Assembly (NCBI RefSeq): GCF_003018255.1
Contig: NZ_CP027440.1
Strand: one strand, 5' to 3'
Source: Escherichia coli
GTDB taxonomy: Bacteria; Pseudomonadota; Gammaproteobacteria; Enterobacterales; Enterobacteriaceae
DNA: 64,000 bases
Of the stretch, positions 12,081 to 22,913 are shown in pieces. A model generated the notes under the pieces. The model worked only from the letters and a program-made list of their open reading frames with translations. It was not told where the DNA came from and searched no databases. The stretch's first letter is position 1, and each line of letters begins with the position of its first letter. The translations under genes were made by a program, and so were the position numbers.

Positions 12081-13139
12081 TTATTCCGGCGTAAAGTGGC
12101 GTAAATGTTGTACCGTGGCAAGCCACGCTGCCACCCAGCCAATCATCGAGCATACCAGCAGCAACAGCAGGCATTCATCGAACGATAAGCCATTGATATC
12201 AAACTTTGTTCCGAAAACCTGTGCCACTTCCGCAACCGCCGATGACAAACGCAGTACCAGAATTTCTGACAAAATTAATGACAGCAATGCGCCAGAAAAT
12301 CCCAGCAATGCGCCTCCGTACAGGAACGGGCGCAGGATGAAACCATCCGTCGCACCAATCAGTTTCTGCACGTTAATGGAGTCACGGCGAGCAAAGATGC
12401 TCAGACGCACACTGTTGCCGATGACGAGGAACACTGCTGCCACCATCAACACGCCGATCATCGCGGAAACGCGCCCGACCAGCCCGGTTAACGCCGCCAG
12501 ACGGGCAAACCAGCTGTCATCCATCCGCACTTCGTCAATGCCGTTGATCTGGGTGATACGATCACGCAGCGTATTCAGTGATTCCGTCCCCTGAAAATCG
12601 AGTTTCGGGATCACCACCGCCACTGCCGGAAGCGGGTTTTCTTCCAGCATATCCAGCGCACCACCAAAACCAGACCAGTTACGGAACTCGCCCAGTGCGT
12701 CTTCACGAGAAAGATAATTCACTTTCTCTACGCCTTGCTCGGCCTGTAACTGTGCCACCACACCCGCAGCGGCGTCATCGTCCAGCGTTTTTTGCAGATA
12801 AACAGTGATTTGCGGTGACGGATAATATTGCGTCGCCGCCTGGTTAACGTTTTTGTACACCATATAACAGACGCTGGGCAGCGTCAGGGAGATGGCGATA
12901 ACCATCACCGTTAAAAACGTGGCGAACGGTTTGCTTTTCAGATCCTGCAATGCGCCGTGGAAGGCATAGCGCACCTGTTCGTTGAAAACGTTGGTTTTGC
13001 GATTTACCGGTTTTGGCGAGGATTTCGCGCGTTTCGGTGCGTTACGACCGCCGTCGCCTGAGCCGCCGACCGATTTACGGAAGCGATCCAGACGCCCGCC
13101 AAACTGCCGAATATGATTGATTGCATCGCGCTTATTCAT
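12081..13139 (-). CDS. ftsX: Cell division permease-like protein FtsX
   Basis: Start at [15 protein letters not shown] gives 352 aa; overlaps ftsE. Confidence 0.9.
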
Positions 13140-13800
13140 GGCCCACGCCTCCATGCAAGTGACCATCGCTCAGGGTGAGCATGCGATAGGAACGCCGCGA
13201 AATCAGGTTGATGTCGTGCGTTGCCATCAATACGGTTACCCCAACGCGGTTAAACTCTTCAAACAGACGTAAAATGCCTTCCGACAACGCGTCGTCCAGG
13301 TTACCAGTCGGTTCGTCCGCCAGCAGTACCGCGGGCTTATTCACCACCGCGCGGGCAATGCCAACACGCTGTTGTTCACCGCCGGAAAGCTGAATAGGAA
13401 AGTTCTTCGCTTTGTCCAGTAGCCCGACTTTATCCAGTGCCGCCGACACCCGGCGACGAATATCGTCACCGCTGGCACCGGCGATAATCAGCGGGATCGC
13501 CACGTTATCGTAGACAGTACGGTCCATCAGTAGATGGTGATCCTGGAAAATCATACCAATCTGGCGGCGCAGAAACGGAACTTCACGGTTTTTCAGACGC
13601 GTGATGTCATGGCCGCTAAACCAGATTTTCCCGGCGCTGGGCCGCTCAATCCCACAGATCAGCTTCAGGAGGGTACTTTTCCCTGCGCCGGAATGACCGG
13701 TCAGAAACGCCATCTCACCCGGCTGCATATGGAACGTAACGCCCTGCAGCGCCTGTCTCCCACCGAGATAAGCCTTGCTGACATGTTCAAAGCGAATCAT
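13132..13800 (-). CDS. ftsE: Cell division ATP-binding protein FtsE
   Basis: 222 aa, Walker [10 protein letters not shown]. Confidence 0.93.
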
Positions 13801-13802
13801 TG

Positions 13803-15299
13803 TTAATCCTCTCGGGCAAAAAGTGCCTCTATAAAGTCGTCCGCCTTAAACGGACGCAAATCCTCAATACGTTCGCCGACACCAATGTAGCGGATAGGGA
13901 TACCAAACTGGTCAGCCACCGAGAAAATTACTCCGCCTTTCGCCGTGCCGTCCAGTTTCGTTAGCGTGATGCCGGTTAAGCCAACGGCTTCATGGAACAG
14001 TTTGGCCTGGCTTACCGCGTTCTGCCCGGTGCTGGCATCAATAGTCAGCATAACTTCATGCGGCGCTTCAACGTCGAGTTTCTTCATCACGCGGACGATT
14101 TTCTTCAACTCTTCCATCAGGTGCGATTTGTTCTGCAGGCGTCCGGCGGTATCGGCAATCAGGACGTCGATATTACGCGCTTTAGCTGCCTGAATGGCGT
14201 CGAAGATAACAGAGGCGGAATCCGCCCCGGTATGCTGGGCAATCACCGGAATATTGTTGCGCTGACCCCAGACCTGAAGCTGTTCAACCGCTGCCGCACG
14301 GAAAGTATCGCCCGCCGCCAGCATCACCGATTTACCCTGCTGCTCAAACTGACGTGCCAGCTTACCAATCGTCGTGGTTTTACCCACACCGTTGACGCCC
14401 ACCATCAGGATCACGAACGGCGTTTTACCTTCAACATTCAGCGGCTCATCGACTTTCGCCAGAATCTCGCCCATCTCTTCTTTCAGCAGGCCATAAAGCG
14501 CCTCGGCATCACGAAGCTGCTTGCGGGATGCGCCTTCCGTCAGATTGGTGATTATTTTACGTGTGGTTTCCACGCCCACATCGGCGATCAACAGCTGTTC
14601 TTCCAGCTCTTCAAACAGATCATCGTCGATTTTTTTACCGCGGAACAGGCTGATAAATCCGGAACCGAGATTTTCTTTAGTTTTTAACAGGCTGCGTTTC
14701 AGGCGCGCGAAGAAACCTTCTTTGGTCGGTTTTTCCTGCTCCTGAGCGATTTCTTCTACCGGCTGCTCTTCTTCTGCCGGAGGAACCACCATCACCGCCT
14801 CTTCTGCTGCTTCGGCAGCCAGCGCCTGTGCTTCCAGCTCTTCGTCGGTGATTTCTTCTTTAGCCGCTTCTTCTTCCGCCGCTTCGACAATCTCTACGGT
14901 TTCCGCTTCGGCCTGCCACTCTTCTGGCGAAACCTCTTCGGCGTTGACGTCTTCCGGCAACGGCAGCTCTTCACGCTCGATAGCCACTGGCTCCGGCGTT
15001 TCTTCTACGACCAGTTCCGGCTGTGCAACAACTTCCGCTTCAGGTTGCGCTTTTTCACTTTCAACAACCTGTTCAGTGACTTCCACAACGTCGGCAGCAA
15101 AAGTTTCCGCTTCGGCCTCAGTATGCGCCTGCGGCTGCTCTTCAACGGCTTGTTCCGAAGCCTTCGCAGGCTCTTGCGCCTGAACGATTTCTTCTACAAC
15201 CGGTTGTTCATTCTGAACTTCTGTCTCTTTTTCCGGGGTCTGCTCTTTTTGACCAAAGCCCAGCCAGGAAAAAAAGCCACGTTTTTTTTCTTTCGCCAT
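13803..15299 (-). CDS. ftsY: Signal recognition particle receptor FtsY
   Basis: 498 aa, acidic N-terminal domain plus NG GTPase domain (GVNGVGKTT, DTAGR). Confidence 0.93.
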   Translation of the reverse strand: MAKEKKRGFFSWLGFGQKEQTPEKETEVQNEQPVVEEIVQAQEPAKASEQAVEEQPQAHTEAEAETFAADVVEVTEQVVESEKAQPEAEVVAQPELVVEETPEPVAIEREELPLPEDVNAEEVSPEEWQAEAETVEIVEAAEEEAAKEEITDEELEAQALAAEAAEEAVMVVPPAEEEQPVEEIAQEQEKPTKEGFFARLKRSLLKTKENLGSGFISLFRGKKIDDDLFEELEEQLLIADVGVETTRKIITNLTEGASRKQLRDAEALYGLLKEEMGEILAKVDEPLNVEGKTPFVILMVGVNGVGKTTTIGKLARQFEQQGKSVMLAAGDTFRAAAVEQLQVWGQRNNIPVIAQHTGADSASVIFDAIQAAKARNIDVLIADTAGRLQNKSHLMEELKKIVRVMKKLDVEAPHEVMLTIDASTGQNAVSQAKLFHEAVGLTGITLTKLDGTAKGGVIFSVADQFGIPIRYIGVGERIEDLRPFKADDFIEALFARED

Positions 15300-15448
15300 T
15301 TGCGACTACACTCCTCGCTGTTGCTTCATGGCACAGCGTTAACGCTATGTACATAGCAGCTAAAAAAATGATGAAATAGTCTATCACTTAACTTAATTCA
15401 CATCACCGCCTGCAAGTATGTGTTATCTGGCGGATTGAGCAATTTATC

Positions 15449-16045
15449 ATGAAAAAACCGAATCATTCCGGCAGCGGCCAAATCCGCATTATTGGCGGGC
15501 AGTGGCGAGGCCGTAAACTCCCGGTTCCTGATAGCCCAGGTCTGCGCCCCACCACCGACCGCGTACGCGAAACGTTGTTTAACTGGCTGGCTCCGGTCAT
15601 TGTTGACGCCCAATGTCTGGATTGCTTCGCCGGGAGCGGCGCGCTGGGGCTGGAAGCGTTGTCGCGCTATGCTGCGGGGGCCACGTTGATTGAGATGGAT
15701 CGCGCGGTTTCTCAGCAGTTAATTAAGAATCTGGCGACACTAAAAGCAGGCAATGCACGCGTGGTGAACAGCAACGCAATGTCATTCCTGGCGCAAAAAG
15801 GCACACCGCATAATATCGTGTTTGTCGATCCACCGTTCCGCCGTGGCTTGTTAGAAGAGACGATAAATTTACTGGAAGATAACGGCTGGCTGGCTGACGA
15901 AGCCCTGATTTATGTCGAAAGCGAAGTCGAAAACGGTCTGCCCACTGTTCCGGCAAACTGGTCATTACATCGGGAAAAAGTGGCGGGTCAGGTGGCTTAT
16001 CGGCTGTATCAACGCGAAGCACAAGGAGAAAGTGATGCTGATTAA
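15449..16045 (+). CDS. rsmD: 16S rRNA m2G966 methyltransferase RsmD
   Basis: 198 aa, DCFAGSGALGLEA SAM-binding motif and DPPF motif. Confidence 0.88.
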   Translation: MKKPNHSGSGQIRIIGGQWRGRKLPVPDSPGLRPTTDRVRETLFNWLAPVIVDAQCLDCFAGSGALGLEALSRYAAGATLIEMDRAVSQQLIKNLATLKAGNARVVNSNAMSFLAQKGTPHNIVFVDPPFRRGLLEETINLLEDNGWLADEALIYVESEVENGLPTVPANWSLHREKVAGQVAYRLYQREAQGESDAD

Positions 16046-16304
16046 TATTGGTCGTTTGTTAATGCTCTGCGTTTGGGGATTTTTAATCCTCAATCTGGTG
16101 CATCCCTTCCCGCGCCCGCTGAATATTTTCGTTAACGTGGCGCTGATTTTTACCGTGCTGATGCATGGTATGCAGCTGGCGCTATTGAAATCCACTTTAC
16201 CTAAAGATGGCCCGCAGATGACCACCGCCGAAAAGGTGCGGATTTTCCTTTTCGGCGTGTTTGAACTGCTGGTCTGGCAGAAGAAATTTAAAGTTAAAAA
16301 ATAA
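16035..16304 (+). CDS. yhhL: Small inner-membrane protein YhhL (DUF1145)
   Basis: ATG at 16035 overlaps the rsmD 3' end; 89-aa hydrophobic product. Confidence 0.7.
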   Translation: MLINIGRLLMLCVWGFLILNLVHPFPRPLNIFVNVALIFTVLMHGMQLALLKSTLPKDGPQMTTAEKVRIFLFGVFELLVWQKKFKVKK

Positions 16305-16306
16305 CC

Positions 16307-16666
16307 TTATTGTTCGCCTACAAAGCTAACAAAGCGCGTTCCTTTATAGCTCAGCGTACCTATATCGCCCACTGTCAGGGCATGGTACTGCTGAGCGTCG
16401 AGGCGAAACGTCTGCTCCATTCCTCCGCTTTGCGGTTTGAAGCTTGCCTCGTAGCGCATACTGGTGCCTGCCGGAGTCACTTCCTGCTGGCGCGAACGGC
16501 GATCGTTAATCGGTTTTTCCCGCTTGTTGCTCACCACCACCAGCTTTTGCTGGAGCGGAGCCATATCATTATCAGCTTTTTCCCGTCGCTGTTGCATAAA
16601 ACGAAACGATGCGGCGACGACAATTAAGCCAATGATAACAATAAAGAAAAGAGGTGGTTTGCTCAT
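16307..16666 (-). CDS. yhhM: YhhM (DUF2500) membrane-anchored protein
   Basis: 119-aa ORF with N-terminal TM segment. Confidence 0.75.
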   Translation of the reverse strand: MSKPPLFFIVIIGLIVVAASFRFMQQRREKADNDMAPLQQKLVVVSNKREKPINDRRSRQQEVTPAGTSMRYEASFKPQSGGMEQTFRLDAQQYHALTVGDIGTLSYKGTRFVSFVGEQ

Positions 16667-16806
16667 CTTTATCCCTCATCGGAAAATGCGGAAATAAGCA
16701 TACCCTGCCAGTTATGGTGTTGTCATCCGTCCACCCTCGCCACTAAACTGGAAGCAAGACCGTAGGCATTCCGCTTACGAAAAAATAACGAATTCAAGGA
16801 ACTAAG

Positions 16807-17433
16807 ATGCTTTGGTCGTTTATCGCTGTCTGTCTTTCCGCATGGCTATCTGTGGATGCATCGTATCGTGGGCCAACCTGGCAACGCTGGGTGTTTAAAC
16901 CGTTAACCCTTCTTCTCCTGCTGTTACTGGCCTGGCAAGCGCCGATGTTCGACGCCATTAGCTATCTGGTGCTGGCAGGGCTGTGCGCCTCACTGCTGGG
17001 CGATGCGCTAACCCTGTTGCCACGTCAACGTCTGATGTACGCCATCGGCGCGTTTTTCCTCTCGCACCTGCTGTACACCATCTATTTTGCCAGTCAGATG
17101 ACGCTCTCTTTCTTCTGGCCTCTGCCACTGGTGTTGCTGGTTCTGGGTGCGCTGTTACTGGCGATTATCTGGACGCGTCTGGAAGAGTATCGTTGGCCTA
17201 TCTGCACGTTTATCGGCATGACGCTGGTGATGGTGTGGCTGGCAGGTGAACTGTGGTTCTTCCGTCCGACAGCTCCGGCGCTCTCTGCGTTTGTCGGCGC
17301 TTCGTTGCTGTTTATCAGTAACTTTGTCTGGCTGGGTAGCCACTATCGCCGCCGCTTCCGGGCAGATAACGCGATTGCTGCGGCCTGCTACTTTGCCGGT
17401 CATTTCCTCATCGTCCGCTCGCTGTATCTCTGA
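16807..17433 (+). CDS. yhhN: YhhN-family lysoplasmalogenase-like membrane protein
   Basis: 208-aa multi-TM ORF. Confidence 0.75.
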
Positions 17434-17439
17434 TAAAAC

Positions 17440-17471
17440 TTGACTCTGGAGTCGACTCCAGAGTGTATCCT
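17440..17471 (+). promoter_or_regulatory. zntA promoter with ZntR (MerR-type) operator
   Basis: TTGACT (-35), 20-bp spacer containing the perfect palindrome ACTCTGGAGTCGACTCCAGAGT, then TATCCT (-10). Confidence 0.8.
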
Positions 17472-17506
17472 TCGGTTAATGAGAAAAAACTTAACCGGAG
17501 GATGCC

Positions 17507-19705
17507 ATGTCGACTCCTGACAATCACGGCAAGAAAGCCCCTCAATTTGCTGCGTTCAAACCGCTAACCACGGTACAGAACGCCAACGACTGTTGCTGCG
17601 ACGGCGCATGTTCCAGCACGCCAACTCTCTCTGAAAACGTCTCCGGCACCCGCTATAGCTGGAAAGTCAGCGGCATGGACTGCGCCGCCTGTGCGCGCAA
17701 GGTAGAAAATGCCGTGCGCCAGCTTGCAGGCGTGAATCAGGTGCAGGTGTTGTTCGCCACCGAAAAACTGGTGGTCGATGCCGACAATGACATCCGTGCC
17801 CAGGTTGAATCTGCGGTGCAAAAAGCAGGCTATTCCCTGCGCGATGAACAGTCCGCCGACGAACCACAAGCATCACGCCTGAAAGAGAATCTGCCGCTGA
17901 TTACGCTAATCGTGATGATGGCAATCAGCTGGGGTCTGGAGCAGTTCAATCATCCGTTCGGGCAACTGGCGTTTATCGCGACCACGCTGGTTGGGCTGTA
18001 CCCGATTGCTCGTCAGGCATTACGGCTGATCAAATCCGGCAGCTACTTCGCCATTGAAACGTTAATGAGCGTAGCCGCTATTGGTGCGCTGTTTATTGGC
18101 GCAACGGCTGAAGCTGCGATGGTGTTGCTGCTGTTTTTGATTGGCGAACGACTGGAGGGCTGGGCCGCCAGTCGCGCGCGTCAAGGGGTCAGCGCGTTAA
18201 TGGCGCTGAAGCCAGAAACCGCCACGCGTCTGCGTAACGGTGAGCGTGAAGAGGTGGCAATAAACAGCCTGCGGCCTGGCGATGTGATTGAAGTTGCGGC
18301 AGGTGGGCGTTTGCCTGCCGACGGTAAACTGCTCTCACCGTTTGCCAGTTTTGATGAAAGCGCCCTGACCGGAGAATCCATTCCTGTGGAGCGCGCGACG
18401 GGCGATAAAGTTCCTGCAGGCGCCACCAGCGTAGACCGTCTGGTAATGCTGGAAGTGCTGTCAGAACCGGGTGCCAGCGCCATTGACCGGATTCTGAAAC
18501 TGATCGAAGAAGCCGAAGAGCGTCGCGCTCCCATTGAGCGGTTTATCGACCGTTTCAGCCGTATTTACACGCCAGCGATTATGGCCGTCGCTCTGCTGGT
18601 AACGCTGGTGCCACCACTGCTGTTTGCCGCCAGCTGGCAAGAGTGGATTTATAAAGGGCTGACGCTGCTGCTGATTGGCTGCCCGTGTGCGTTAGTTATC
18701 TCAACGCCTGCGGCGATTACCTCCGGGCTGGCAGCAGCAGCGCGTCGTGGGGCGTTAATTAAAGGCGGAGCGGCGCTGGAACAACTGGGTCGTGTTACCC
18801 AGGTGGCGTTTGATAAAACCGGTACGCTGACCGTCGGTAAACCGCGCGTTACCGCGATTCATCCGGCAACGGGTATTAGTGAATCCGAACTGCTGACACT
18901 GGCAGCGGCGGTCGAGCAAGGCGCGACGCATCCACTGGCGCAAGCCATCGTGCGAGAAGCACAGGTTGCTGAACTCGCCATTCCCGCCGCCCAATCACAG
19001 CGGGCGCTGGTTGGGTCTGGCATTGAAGCGCAGGTTAACGGTGAGCGCGTGTTGATATGCGCTGCCGGGAAACATCCCGCTGATGCATTTGCTGGTTTAA
19101 TTAACGAACTGGAAAGCGCCGGGCAAACGGTAGTGCTGGTAGTACGTAACGATGACGTGCTTGGTGTCATTGCGTTACAGGATACCCTGCGCGCCGATGC
19201 TGCAACTGCCATCAGTGAACTGAACGCGCTGGGCGTCAAAGGGGTGATCCTCACCGGCGATAATCCACGCGCAGCGGCGGCAATCGCCGGGGAACTGGGG
19301 CTAGAGTTTAAAGCGGGCCTGTTGCCGGAAGATAAAGTCAAAGCGGTGACCGAGCTGAATCAACATGCGCCGCTGGCGATGGTCGGTGACGGTATTAACG
19401 ACGCGCCAGCGATGAAAGCCGCCGCCATCGGGATTGCAATGGGCAGTGGCACAGACGTGGCGCTGGAAACCGCCGATGCAGCATTAACCCATAACCACCT
19501 GCGCGGCCTGGTGCAAATGATTGAACTGGCACGCGCCACTCACGCCAATATCCGCCAGAACATCACTATTGCGCTGGGGCTGAAAGGGATCTTCCTCGTC
19601 ACCACACTGTTAGGAATGACCGGGCTATGGCTGGCGGTGCTGGCAGATACGGGTGCGACGGTGCTGGTGACAGCGAATGCGTTAAGATTGTTGCGCAGGA
19701 GATAA
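17507..19705 (+). CDS. zntA: Zn/Cd/Pb-exporting P1B-type ATPase ZntA
   Basis: 732 aa, N-terminal GMDCAAC metal-binding motif, CPC motif, DKTGT phosphorylation site. Confidence 0.95.
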   Translation: MSTPDNHGKKAPQFAAFKPLTTVQNANDCCCDGACSSTPTLSENVSGTRYSWKVSGMDCAACARKVENAVRQLAGVNQVQVLFATEKLVVDADNDIRAQVESAVQKAGYSLRDEQSADEPQASRLKENLPLITLIVMMAISWGLEQFNHPFGQLAFIATTLVGLYPIARQALRLIKSGSYFAIETLMSVAAIGALFIGATAEAAMVLLLFLIGERLEGWAASRARQGVSALMALKPETATRLRNGEREEVAINSLRPGDVIEVAAGGRLPADGKLLSPFASFDESALTGESIPVERATGDKVPAGATSVDRLVMLEVLSEPGASAIDRILKLIEEAEERRAPIERFIDRFSRIYTPAIMAVALLVTLVPPLLFAASWQEWIYKGLTLLLIGCPCALVISTPAAITSGLAAAARRGALIKGGAALEQLGRVTQVAFDKTGTLTVGKPRVTAIHPATGISESELLTLAAAVEQGATHPLAQAIVREAQVAELAIPAAQSQRALVGSGIEAQVNGERVLICAAGKHPADAFAGLINELESAGQTVVLVVRNDDVLGVIALQDTLRADAATAISELNALGVKGVILTGDNPRAAAAIAGELGLEFKAGLLPEDKVKAVTELNQHAPLAMVGDGINDAPAMKAAAIGIAMGSGTDVALETADAALTHNHLRGLVQMIELARATHANIRQNITIALGLKGIFLVTTLLGMTGLWLAVLADTGATVLVTANALRLLRRR

Positions 19706-19724
19706 GGCAAACCGATCGCAACAT

Positions 19725-19790
19725 TGAGTGCGATCGGTCCCCTCGCCTCTCTGGGGAGAGGGTAAGGGAAAGGCAGTATCGAAGCCCATC
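19725..19790. repeat. GC-rich box C-like repeat
   Basis: gatcggtcccctcgcctctctggggagagggtaagggaaagg, related to the motif at 1400-1565. Confidence 0.35.
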
Positions 19791-19798
19791 TTCCCCCA

Positions 19799-20044
19799 TC
19801 AACCGCCTTTACGAATCAAATAACGATAAGGCAGTCCATCCGTCTCTTTAGCAACCAGTTCGTGTTCCATAAAGGTACAAAACCCAGGAATATCGCGGGT
19901 CGTCGCCGGATCGTCAGCAATAATCAGCAACGTTTCGCCTGGTTGCATATTGCGCACCGTTTTACGCACCATCATCACCGGTTCCGGGCAGCGCAAGCCA
20001 AGCGCGTCGAGTGTATGGTCAGGACTGGAAAAGAGATCGGTCAT
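19799..20044 (-). CDS. tusA: Sulfur carrier protein TusA
   Basis: 81 aa, conserved LRCPEPVMM Cys motif. Confidence 0.9.
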
Positions 20045-20265
20045 TTTCTTCTCATCACATAAAAAAACGGCGCTAGTTTACGCCCTGTGAGTCCGTAAGC
20101 AAACCAGGTTAACGATTGCGTGAAAATTAACCATTGCATTGTCAACGTAAAGCAGTATCATGCGGCGGCTCGAAAAAAGGGTCAGCACGTTATTATGTTA
20201 AGGTAGCAGACGTGTCGTACGTATTGGGTTCCCTCACCCCAATGGTTAATCAAAAAAGGTACAAT

Positions 20266-20931
20266 ATGAACGTTTTCTCGCAAACGCAACGCTATAAGGC
20301 GTTGTTCTGGTTATCGTTATTTCATCTGCTGGTGATCACCTCCAGTAACTATCTGGTTCAGCTTCCGGTCTCCATTTTTGGTTTTCATACCACCTGGGGC
20401 GCGTTTAGCTTTCCGTTTATCTTTCTCGCTACTGACCTGACCGTGCGTATTTTTGGCGCGCCGCTGGCTCGTCGCATCATCTTTGCGGTGATGATCCCGG
20501 CGTTACTGATCTCCTACGTCATCTCGTCGCTGTTCTATATGGGTTCCTGGCAGGGATTCGGCGCGCTCGCCCACTTCAACCTGTTTGTCGCCCGTATCGC
20601 CACCGCCAGTTTCATGGCCTACGCGCTGGGGCAAATCCTCGACGTGCACGTTTTTAACCGCCTGCGTCAGAGTCGTCGCTGGTGGCTGGCACCGACGGCT
20701 TCCACCCTGTTTGGTAACGTCAGCGACACGCTGGCCTTCTTCTTCATTGCCTTCTGGCGTAGCCCGGATGCCTTTATGGCTGAACACTGGATGGAAATCG
20801 CGCTGGTCGATTACTGTTTCAAAGTGTTAATCAGTATCGTTTTCTTCCTGCCAATGTATGGCGTATTACTCAATATGCTGTTGAAAAGACTGGCAGATAA
20901 ATCCGAAATCAACGCTTTGCAGGCGAGTTAA
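20266..20931 (+). CDS. yhhQ: Queuosine precursor transporter YhhQ
   Basis: Start at MNVFSQTQRYKALF gives 221 aa, multi-TM. Confidence 0.8.
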   Translation: MNVFSQTQRYKALFWLSLFHLLVITSSNYLVQLPVSIFGFHTTWGAFSFPFIFLATDLTVRIFGAPLARRIIFAVMIPALLISYVISSLFYMGSWQGFGALAHFNLFVARIATASFMAYALGQILDVHVFNRLRQSRRWWLAPTASTLFGNVSDTLAFFFIAFWRSPDAFMAEHWMEIALVDYCFKVLISIVFFLPMYGVLLNMLLKRLADKSEINALQAS

Positions 20932-21003
20932 AGGTTCGTTATCAGAGTTGTGATAAGATGGATGAATGAGCCGTTATGGCCGTTTATCGAAAGGAAGAAG
21001 TCA

Positions 21004-21561
21004 ATGCGCAATCTGGTTAAATATGTCGGAATTGGCCTGCTGGTTATGGGGCTTGCGGCCTGTGATGATAAAGACACTAACGCTACGGCGCAGGGTTCGG
21101 TCGCAGAAAGTAACGCGACCGGGAATCCCGTCAACCTGCTTGATGGCAAGTTAAGTTTCTCGCTGCCAGCGGATATGACCGACCAGAGCGGTAAGCTGGG
21201 AACGCAGGCCAATAACATGCATGTCTGGTCCGACGCCACCGGGCAGAAAGCAGTCATCGTCATCATGGGCGATGATCCGAAAGAAGATCTGGCGGTGCTG
21301 GCGAAGCGTCTGGAAGATCAGCAACGTAGCCGCGATCCGCAGCTGCAAGTGGTAACCAATAAAGCCATTGAGCTGAAAGGTCACAAAATGCAGCAGTTAG
21401 ACAGCATTATCTCCGCGAAAGGCCAGACGGCGTACTCTTCCGTTATTCTGGGTAACGTGGGTAATCAACTGCTAACCATGCAAATTACGCTGCCCGCTGA
21501 CAATCAGCAAAAAGCACAGACCACCGCAGAAAACATCATTAATACGCTGGTTATTCAGTAA
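21004..21561 (+). CDS. dcrB: Periplasmic lipoprotein DcrB
   Basis: Start at [20 protein letters not shown] (lipobox), 185 aa. Confidence 0.85.
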   Translation: MRNLVKYVGIGLLVMGLAACDDKDTNATAQGSVAESNATGNPVNLLDGKLSFSLPADMTDQSGKLGTQANNMHVWSDATGQKAVIVIMGDDPKEDLAVLAKRLEDQQRSRDPQLQVVTNKAIELKGHKMQQLDSIISAKGQTAYSSVILGNVGNQLLTMQITLPADNQQKAQTTAENIINTLVIQ

Positions 21562-21564
21562 GTT

Positions 21565-22782
21565 TTAAGATGATGAGGCGGCCTCAGGTATTTCCACCGG
21601 GGGCCGTTTTTTTAATCGCCACGTCAGTAATAACGCGATTGCGACCAGTCCCGCCGCCGCCAGATAAATCACCGGAACGCCCGCCCAACTCATCACCAGC
21701 CCAGCCAGTGGTCCCGTCACGCCAAGCGATAAATCCATAAATACGGTGTAAGTTGCCAGCGCCGCCCCCTGATTTTGCTGCGGAACCGCTTTTACCGCCA
21801 CTACGCCCAATGCAGGGAACACCAGCGAAAACCCCGCCCCCGCCAGTAAGACGCCGATTTTCGCCATCCACGGCATAGTCGCCACGCCAACCAGTAGCAG
21901 GCCGATTATCTCAACGCTAAAGCAAATCATCGCCACGTTTAAGCCGCCGATACGGTTAATGCCGTTAGGGAATAACAAACGCGTACCGACAAACGCACAG
22001 CTAAACAGCGTCAGCGCGAAAGCCGCACCGTCCCAACCTTTAGCGTCATAAAACAGCGTGATAAAGGTGGCGATAACGCCAAATCCGGCGGAAGCCAGTG
22101 CCAGCGCCATACCGTACAGCCAGACGCGCCCAAGCACCGCACGAAACGGCAGCGGTTTGCCTTTACTGGCTTTTACCGTCGGACGCGGGATCGCCAACAA
22201 AATGGCCACCAGCGCCACGCCCATAATGATTAACGCTAACGCCTGCAAGCCGCCCCAGTGATAAAACACGACACCTAACGGCGCACCCATCGCCATCGCC
22301 CCGTAAGTGACAATGCCGTTCCACGAAATCACCCGCCCGATATGCAGCGAGCCAACCACGCCAACACCCCACAGGGTCGATCCCGTTCCGGCAAAACTTT
22401 GCCCAATCCCAAGGATGACGCGCCCCAAGCACAGTAATAACAGGCTGATGACGGGCAGACTGGCGGTTAATCCTGCCGTCAGATATCCCAGACCGCTCAA
22501 AAAGCAGCCGCATAAACCGAAGACGACAATCTTTTTGGGTCCCAGCAAATCGGCGTAACGTCCGGCATGAGGGCGGCTCAGCAAGGTGGCGAAATATTGC
22601 AGGCTGATAACCAATCCTGCCCAAAAAGCGCTAAAGCCCATCACATCATGGACATAGCCCGGTAATACAGCGAGCGGCAACCCGATGGTGAGGTAGCTGG
22701 CGAAGTTAAACATGACAATGGAGACAATGCGCAAATTCAGGCGCAATCCGTTTAGCGCGGGTTCGGCTACGGGTTCGGGCAT
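21565..22782 (-). CDS. yhhS: MFS transporter YhhS
   Basis: Start at MPEPVAEPALNGLRLNL gives 405 aa, 12-TM MFS-like. Confidence 0.8.
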   Translation of the reverse strand: MPEPVAEPALNGLRLNLRIVSIVMFNFASYLTIGLPLAVLPGYVHDVMGFSAFWAGLVISLQYFATLLSRPHAGRYADLLGPKKIVVFGLCGCFLSGLGYLTAGLTASLPVISLLLLCLGRVILGIGQSFAGTGSTLWGVGVVGSLHIGRVISWNGIVTYGAMAMGAPLGVVFYHWGGLQALALIIMGVALVAILLAIPRPTVKASKGKPLPFRAVLGRVWLYGMALALASAGFGVIATFITLFYDAKGWDGAAFALTLFSCAFVGTRLLFPNGINRIGGLNVAMICFSVEIIGLLLVGVATMPWMAKIGVLLAGAGFSLVFPALGVVAVKAVPQQNQGAALATYTVFMDLSLGVTGPLAGLVMSWAGVPVIYLAAAGLVAIALLLTWRLKKRPPVEIPEAASSS

Positions 22783-22913
22783 GAGGATCACCACATTTTT
22801 ACAACAGTGTTTCATTTTTACCACGTGCTGACGTGAAAATCAGCAGTAAGAATCAGAATATTGCTGGCGTGACTCCCGCTACACTTAATACAAAAAGTCA
22901 CAAGGAAGCCCCA

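Noticed and set aside
22163-22624. 153-codon ORF inside yhhS on the same strand in a different frame (and other same-strand overlapping ORFs such as 21584-21871, 28346-28660)
   Set aside because: Internal alternative-frame ORFs within conserved membrane or ATPase genes, with no support.
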